From the human T2T-CHM13v2.0 reference genome, Homo sapiens, in the NCBI RefSeq assembly GCF_009914755.1, contig NC_060925.1: a stretch of 64,000 nt of DNA. One strand, 5' to 3'. Under the pieces are notes generated by a model. It saw only the letters and a program-made list of their open reading frames with translations. It made no database searches and was not told the origin of the DNA. Numbering within the stretch: position 1 is the stretch's first letter; each line of letters starts with the position of its first letter. The position numbers were made by a program, and so were the translations under genes. This document shows, piece by piece, positions 55,501 to 64,000 of the stretch.

Positions 55501-56498
55501 TGTTTTGTAAATACCAATTCTTCATAATTTGGTCTTGAGAGCCCCACCTCTTAATACCTTTGCACTGGGGATTAAGTTTCAACATGAATTTTCAAGGAGA
55601 CACAAATATTCAAACTATAGCACTCTGCCTCTGCTTGCCAACAGTTTATATCTTTCTCACATACAAAATACATTTATTCCACCCTAGTAACCCCAAAAGT
55701 CTTAAGTCATTCCAGCATCAACTTTAGAGTCTAAGTTGAAATCTCATCTAACTATCATCTAAACAAAGGAGGATAAGTGCAAATTCTCCTCCTTGATTTT
55801 GATGACATTTAGATGATGATATTCAGATGTGAGCCTGTTGAGCCACCTCTCTTTATGGTGGCTATAAATATAGCCTGACCAGGAAAGCAGTTAGGTTCAG
55901 GTGTGTCGGTCAGGTGAGACACAAAGGAGGCAGCACAACAAAGCACATGGAATAACAGAAGCAGTTTTGTTACTTACATGTCCCAGAGAGAAGAGGACAG
56001 CATGCCTCATAGGACCAACAGGAAGGGGGATGCAGAACATGCATGCTTTTCTCAGCCAGTGTGTAGAAAGCAAGAGAGAGAGAGAGAGAGTGAGGGACCT
56101 GTAGGTCAAAGCCTTTACTGGGGTCCAACACATTACCCAAGCACGTTCCTGTGGGGGGTTCTCTCTGGTGGGTTTAGAGCAAGTAGGCCAAGTTCCATGG
56201 GTTCATGCTGTGGCTGAGAGGTGGTCCTTGTGGCATATCTGAGCAGTGCTTGAAGGGTGTAGGGAACAAGAGGAGTGAGCCAAGTATGTTGTACCTAGCT
56301 GTCCCATAAGGAGGTTGGAGAGGTGGTCACCAGAGGCAGAGGTTTAAGGCAGATATCTGGACTGACCATAGAGGAACTGGGATGAAATATAGAACCAGAA
56401 ACTGTCAACGGTGACTGCACCCTGCTTCTGGTATGAGAAAGTTCAGCTTATATTAAAATGGATGCCAAGGAAATATAAAATTATGAGAATTTACTACA
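55501..56498. mobile_element. ERV-type LTR (family uncertain) inserted in an MLT1 remnant
   Basis: TG...CA ends; 5-bp TSD GGCTG at 55496-55500 and 56499-56503. Confidence 0.6.
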
Positions 56499-56523
56499 GG
56501 CTGCCATAGACAAGTACCACAAA

Positions 56524-57064
<541 letters not shown>

Positions 57065-57066
<2 letters not shown>

Positions 57067-57181
57067 AGTTCAGCGGCTGTGTTCCCTTAGGGTGTGGAGC
57101 GTGTCTTCTATCAGATCAAGAGCTCCTTCTGAGCAGCAGATGCCTCCCATTGGATTGGGAGCTCCCCAAAAGTTGCAGTTG
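57065..57181 (+). repeat. 117-bp dispersed copy of 8351-8467
   Basis: 116/117 identical (G8426 versus A57140). Confidence 0.95.
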
Positions 57182-57382
57182 GCCACCTATGTCATGGAGC
57201 TTTCCCACTATGTTTTCTTCCAGTAGTTTTAAATTTTTCAGGTCTTACATTTAAGACTTCAATCCATTTTGAGTTGATTTTCATACGTGGTGTGAGATAA
57301 GGGTCTAATTTGATTCTTCTGCATGTGGATATCTAGTCCCAACATCATTTATGAAGACATTGTTTTTTCCCCATTGTGCATT

Positions 57383-59932
57383 TGTCTTAGTCCATTTGTG
57401 CTGCTACAATAAAATACCAGCAACCAGGTAATTTATAAACAATAGAAATTTGTTTCTCACTTACGAATGCTAAGTTCAAGATCAAGGTGCCTACAGGTTC
57501 AGTGTCTGCTGAGAGCCTGGTCTCTGCTACCAAGATGGTGCCTCATTGCTCTGTTCTCCAGGGGGTGGTGGGGAATGGGTGCTGTGTCTTCACATGGTGA
57601 AGGTCAGAAGGGCAAAAAGAGCTAAATGCTATATGAAGTCTCTTTTATAAGGGCTTTAATCCCATTCATGAAGGAGGAGCCATCATGACCTAATCACTGC
57701 CTAAAGTCCCCACCTCTTAATACTTTTGCATTGGGGATTACATTTCAACATGAATTTTCAAGGGGACACAAACACTCAAACTATATCGCTCTGCCTCTGC
57801 CTGCCAACAGTTCATAGTTTTCTTAAATACAAAATACATTTATTCCACCCTAGTAAACCAAAAAATCCTAACTCATTCTGGCATCAACTTTAGAGACTAG
57901 TCAGAAATCTCATCTAAATATCATCTAAACCAAGGAGGATAATTGCAAATTCTCCTCCTTGATTTAGATAATATCTAGATGTGAGCCTCTTTAGATGTGA
58001 AATCTAACAAGTTATGTGCTTCCAAAATACAGTGGTGGCACAGGAATTCTCATTTTGAAAAGAAGAAATAGGAAAGATGAAAAAGGTAACTGATCCCAGG
58101 TAAGTCCCAACCCCAACAAGATAAAAAAAATTAAATCTTGAGGCTTGAGAATAATCTTTGACACCACGTCCTGCCTCCAAGACACACTGGGGCAGGGGTT
58201 GTGTCCCCAAGGCTCTGGGGGACTGAGCCCCATGACTTTGCAAGGTGCAGCCTACATTACAGCTTTCGTGGGTTGGAGTCTAGTGCCTGAGACTCTCCTT
58301 GACTGCAGTTGCACGTTGGTGGCTCTACAGTTTTGTGGTCTTTGGGGTGACCCCACTGTCATGGTTCCACCAGACATCCTTATGGAGTCTCTCTGTGGCA
58401 GTCTTGATGCCATGGCCCCACTGGGCATTGCCTTAGTGGAGGCTGTCTGCAGCGGCCCCACCCCTGTGGCAGTTCTCTTCCTGGGCCCTAAGGCTCTCTG
58501 GGACATACTTTGAATTCTAGATAGAGGTATCCTTCCATGCTTCTACACCTCTTGCACTGTGCACACTGTCAGAATTATCACCATGTGCAGGCTGCCAAGG
58601 GTTACCCCCATGGCATCCAGAGGGGTGGCCTGAGCCACAGTTTAGCCCATTTGAGCCAAAGGTGGGGTGGCTGAGAAATCTAAGCCAATCTGCAGGGGGC
58701 AGAGACATGAGATGCCACAGGGAAGTGAGCTCCACGGTCCTATGGGCACCCTGGGCCCCTCCCTTGAAACCATTCTGCCTCCAAAGCCCTGACACTCAGG
58801 CCTTCAGTGGCAGCCCTGAAGATCTGCAAAATGTCTTCAGGGTCATTTTTTCATTGTCTTGATAAGTAGCATCTAACTTTCTTCTATCCATACTAATCTC
58901 TTTCAAATGTTCACTTGGCCACACTTCTGATATTTTCTCCCAAACACGACTTTTTATTTTTTACAGGAAGGCTGAGAATTTTCCAAATCTTTAAGTTATG
59001 CTTGCCTTTTGATTATAAATTCTGTCTTTAATTTGTTTCTCTCTTCTCACATTTTGCTACAAACAATCAAAAGAAGTCATGCTGCTCCTTCAATACTTCA
59101 TGTAGATATTTCTTCCACCAAAATCCTCCTTCATTGCTTGCAAATTCTGCCCTCCACAAAACATGAAGACATTGACACAAGGCCACCAAGTTCCTTGCCA
59201 CCTTACAACAAGGATGGTTTTTCTTCCAGTTTCCAATAAGACATTCCTGATTTTCATCTAAGACTTTATCAGAATGTTCTTTACTATTCATATTTCTACC
59301 AGCATTTTGATTATGACCATCTAATCTCTAAGAAGACTGCGGCTGTCTCTACAGCTATCTTCTTTGGAGCCTTCAGCAGAATTGTTATTAATGTTCTCTT
59401 TAAAGCAATCCAGGCTTTTTGTAGCATACACTTAAAAACTATCCCAGCCTCTACCCAGTACCCCATTTCAAAGCCACCTCTACATTTTCAGGTATTTGTT
59501 AGAGCAACATGTCACTTCTCAGTTCTAATTTCTGTCTTAGTCCATTTGTGTTGCTATAAAAAAAATGCCACAAACTGGGTAACTTATAAACAACAAAAAC
59601 TTATTTCGCAGAGTTCCAGAGGCTGAGAAGTTCAAGATTAAGGCTCTGGCAGGTTCAGTGTTTGGTGAAAGCCTGGTCTTTGCTTCTAAGATGGCACCTT
59701 TTTGATGTGTCCTCGAAGGGACAGATGCTGTGTCCTCACATGGCAGAAGGGACAGAAAGGCAAAAAGGGCTAAATGCTGAAACCTCTTATATAAGGATCT
59801 TAATCCCATTCATGAGGGAGAAACACTCATGACCTAATCAACCCCTAAAGGTCCCACCTCTTAATACTATGGCATTGGGGATTAAGTTGCAACATGAATG
59901 TTGAAGAGGACACAAATATTTAAACCACAGCA
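57383..59932 (-). mobile_element. MST-family MaLR element with two LTRs (57383-57788, 59533-59932) and internal region
   Basis: Both LTRs start TGTCTTAGTCCATTTGTG on the plus strand and end near AAAC(T/C)A(T/C)A; inserted in an antisense L1. Confidence 0.85.
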
Positions 59933-62097
59933 GGGTTCTTGGCACTTTTGTCACAAATCAATTGATCATAAATGCATGGACTTATTTCTGGGCTCTCCAT
60001 TCTGTTCCGTTGATGTATGTGTCTGTTTTTTATGCCAATGCCATGCTGTTTCGATTACTATAGCTTTGTAGTATATTTTAAAGTCTGGTGGTATGATGAC
60101 TCCAGTTTTGTTCTTTTTGCTCAAGAGTACTTGGGTATTTGGGGTCTCTTGTGATTTCCAAGGGTCTCTTTTGTTTTATTTCTGTGAAAAATGCCACTGG
60201 AGTTTTCATAGGGATTGCATTGAATCTGTAGATCACTTTGGGTAGTATGAACATTTTAACAATATTAATTCTTTCAGTCCTTGAACATAGGATATTTTTT
60301 CATTTACTTGTGTCTTCTCCAATTTCTTTCATCAATGTTTTATAGTTTTTAGTGCACTGGACTTTCACTTCTTTCATTAAATTTATTCCCAAGTATTTTA
60401 TTTTGCAATAGCTATTTGAAAAGGGGATTATTTTCTGGATTTTCATATTTAGGGTAGTTTATTATTAATGTATGGAAATGGTACTTTTTGTATGTTGAAT
60501 TTATTTATTTATTCTTCAACCTCTGGAAGCACAGAACATTTATGTTGATTTTACATCCTGCAATTTTACTGAATTCCTTTATTAGTTATAACAGGTTTTT
60601 TAGTGGAGTCTTTAGAGTGTTTTATATATATAAGATTATGTTATCTACAAACAGAGACAATTTAACTTCTTTTCCAATTTGGTCACCTTTTATTTTCTTC
60701 TCTTGCCTAATTGTTCTGGCTAGAACTTCCAGTGGCAAGAGTGAGCACCTTGTCTTGTTCCTGATCTTAGGGGGAAAGTTTGCAACTTTTCACTGTTGAG
60801 TATGATGCTAGCTGTGGGTTTGTCATATATGACCTTTATTGTGCTGAAGTACATTCCCTGTATAGCGAATTTGTGGAGAGTATTTTCATGAAAGGGTGCT
60901 AAATTTTGTCAAATGCTCTTTCTGTATTTCCTGTGATGATCATATGGGGTTTCTCCTTCATTTTGTTTATGTGGTGTATCAAATTTATAGATTTGTGTAT
61001 GTTAAAGTATCATTGTATCCCTGGTGTAAATCCCACTTGATCATGGTAAACAATCTCTTTAATGTGCTACTGAATTTGGTTTAGTAGTATTTTTCGAGGA
61101 TTTTTCTTCTATGCTCATCAGGGGTATTGGTATATAATTTCCTTTGCTTTTAGTGTCTTTGTCTGGCTTTGCTACTATGGTAATGACGGCCTCATAAAAT
61201 GAATTTGGAAGTGTTTCCTCTTCTTCAGGTTTTTAAGTGTTTGATGAAACTCAACAGTAAAGCCATCATGTCCAGGACTTTTCTTTGTTTGGATGTTTTT
61301 TCATTACTGATTCAATCTCCTTGTTCATTATTGGTCTGTTCAGATTTTCTATTTATTTGTGATTCAGTCTTGGTAGTTTGTATGTGTCTAGGAATTATCC
61401 ACTTCTAGATGATCCAATTTGTGGACATCTAATTATTCACAGTAGTATCTTATGATCTTTTGTATTTCTGTGTTATCAATTGTAATGTCTCCTTTTTCAT
61501 ATTTGATTTTATTTATTTGAGTTTTCTCTTTTTCTTAGTCTAGATAAAGGTTTGTTTATTTGATGTATCTCTTCAAAACACCAACTTAGTTTTGTTGATC
61601 TTTTCTACTGTTTTTCTGGTTTCTATTTTACTTATTTCTGCTCTGGTCTTTATTATTTTCTTTCTCCTCTTAACTTTGAGATTAGTTTGTTTTGTTTTCT
61701 AGTTCCTTGAATTATAATATTAGGTTGTTTAAGATCTTCATTTTTCTATGTAGGTATTTATTGTTATAAACTTCCTTCTTAGAACTGCATTTGCTGTATA
61801 TTGTAAGTTTTGGTGTGTTGTGTTTCCATTGTTGTTTGCCTGAAGTTATTTTTATTTTTGCTTTTAATTTATTGACCCACTGATTGTTCAGGAGAATATT
61901 GTTTAATTTCCATGTATTTGTGAATTTTCCAAAATTTATTGTTATTGATTTCCTTTCATACCATTGTGGTTGGAAGATACCAGATATGATTTAAATCTTT
62001 TTAAATTTCTCCCTTCAGATCTATTAATATTTTCTTTATGTATTCCAGTGTTCTGATGTTAAGTGCATATATACTTATAATCATATCCTCTTGATTA

Positions 62098-62360
62098 TTT
62101 GACTCCCCCTAAACTTAACTACTAATAGCCTATTATTGACTGGAAGTCTTACTCCTTCATTGTAAGAATAAGGTACATAATACTTATAACATGCAAAATG
62201 TGTGTGAATCAACTGTTTATGTTATCAGTAAGGCTTCCAGTCAATAATAGGCTATTAGTAGTTAAGTTTTGGGGGAGTCAAAATTATATGTGGATTTTCA
62301 ACTGCAAGGGGAGGTGGGAGTGTTTGTACCCCTAACCCCTGTGTAGTTCATGAGTCATAC
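62098..62360. mobile_element. Tigger2-like DNA transposon fragment with a local inverted duplication
   Basis: AGTAAGGCTTCCAGTCAATAATAGGCTATTAGTAGTTAAGTTTTGGGGGAGTC...CCCCTAACCCC matches the recalled Tigger2 right end. Confidence 0.7.
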
Positions 62361-62849
62361 ATATAGGTTTTTGCTTTGTAGTTACCATGAGGTTTACAAA
62401 AAGCATTTTATGGTTATAACACGTTTTAAGTTGATAACTTAACTTTGACTACATTAAAATAAGGTCTGCACTTTTATTCGCCCTTTCTACCATTTAAAAT
62501 TTTTGGTGTCACAAATTTAAAAAAATTTTTATATTGTGTGTCCCTTAGAAATTATTGTAGCCATTATTATTTTTAATAGTTTTATCTTTTAACCTTCATA
62601 CTAAAGACATAAATGATTTATACACCACCAGTATAGTATTAGAGTATTTTGAATTTTACTGTGTACTTACTTTACCAGTGAATCTTATGTGTTTTCTTGT
62701 TATTGATTAGCATCCTTTTCTTTCAGCTTAAAGAGCTTCTTTTAGCATTTCCTGTAAAACAAATCAGGTGGTGATGAACTCCCTCAGCTTTCATTTATCT
62801 GGAAAGCCTTTCTGTTTTTCATTTATGAAGAATAGCTTTGCCAGGTATG

Positions 62850-63155
<306 letters not shown>

Positions 63156-64000
63156 TGACAGATTTTTTTTTCCTTTAGCAACTTTGAATATATCATCCCA
63201 CTCTCTTTTGGCCTGTAAGGTTTCTGCTGAGAAGTTTGCTGCTAGCCTTATTAGAACTCTGTTATACATTATTTGCTTCTTTCCTCTTGCTGTTTTCAGG
63301 ATCTTTTCTTTGTCCTTGATTTTTGACAATTTGATTTATGTCTTGATGTAGTTATGTTTGGATTGAATCTGATTGGAGACTTTTGACCTTTCTATACCTG
63401 GATATTTATATCTTTTTAAAAATTTGGAAAGTTTTCTGCTATTATTTGTTGATATACACATTGTATCTCTTTGTGTTTCTCTTCTCTAACTGAAACATTT
63501 GCTTTTTTGATACTGCCCATAAGTCCTATAAACTTTATTCATTTCTTTTTATTCCTTTTTCTCTTCTAACGGTGCATTTCCAAATAATCTGACTTCAAGT
63601 TTACAGATTTTTTTCTGCTTGTGTCTACTGTTGATACTGTGTATTACATTTTCCATTTCATTCATTGTGTTTTTTAGTTCCAGAATTTCTGTTTGCTTTT
63701 TTGCTTTCATTATGACTTTTTAAATTGACATATAATAATTGTATTTATTTGTGGGGCTCAGTGTGATATTTTGATATAGGTATATAATATGTGTAATGAT
63801 CAAACCAGGGTAATGAGCATATCCATCACCACAAACATTTATCATTTATTTGTATTGAGAACATTTAAAATCCATTCTTCTAGCTATTTGAAAATATACA
63901 ATAATTTGTTGTTATTTATAGTCACAATATAGTGCTATAGAACACTGGGACCTATTCTTCCTACATGGCTGTACTTTTGTATCCATTAGCCAACCCTTGA

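Overview
Primate (very likely human) genomic DNA dominated by interspersed repeats. The only intact protein-coding gene is PLA2G2A (group IIA secreted phospholipase A2) on the minus strand. Its four coding exons (24458-24419, 24209-24065, 23806-23700, 21528-21386) total 435 nt (144 aa); it also has two upstream non-coding exons, a TATTTAA box and an AATAAA signal. The rest is mostly Alu, L1, L2/MIR, MaLR and ERV LTRs, a 7SL pseudogene, and a four-level nest (old L1 > antisense L1PA > sense L1PA > HERV-K HML-3/MER9 provirus) at about 37-53.5 kb. The main non-obvious observations are: (i) an orphan plus-strand terminal exon of a second group II sPLA2 at 8785-8926, with all six Cys and the catalytic Asp but a 1-nt frameshift, missed by the ORF track; (ii) a 117-bp near-identical copy of sequence just upstream of that exon, inserted 48.7 kb away at an Alu/L1 breakpoint; (iii) an older ~1.1-kb duplication linking the same two regions; (iv) several fold-back or templated-insertion scars at 54-62 kb; (v) LTR-derived candidate regulatory elements around PLA2G2A. 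Repeat family names come from recalled consensus ends, not from a database search.
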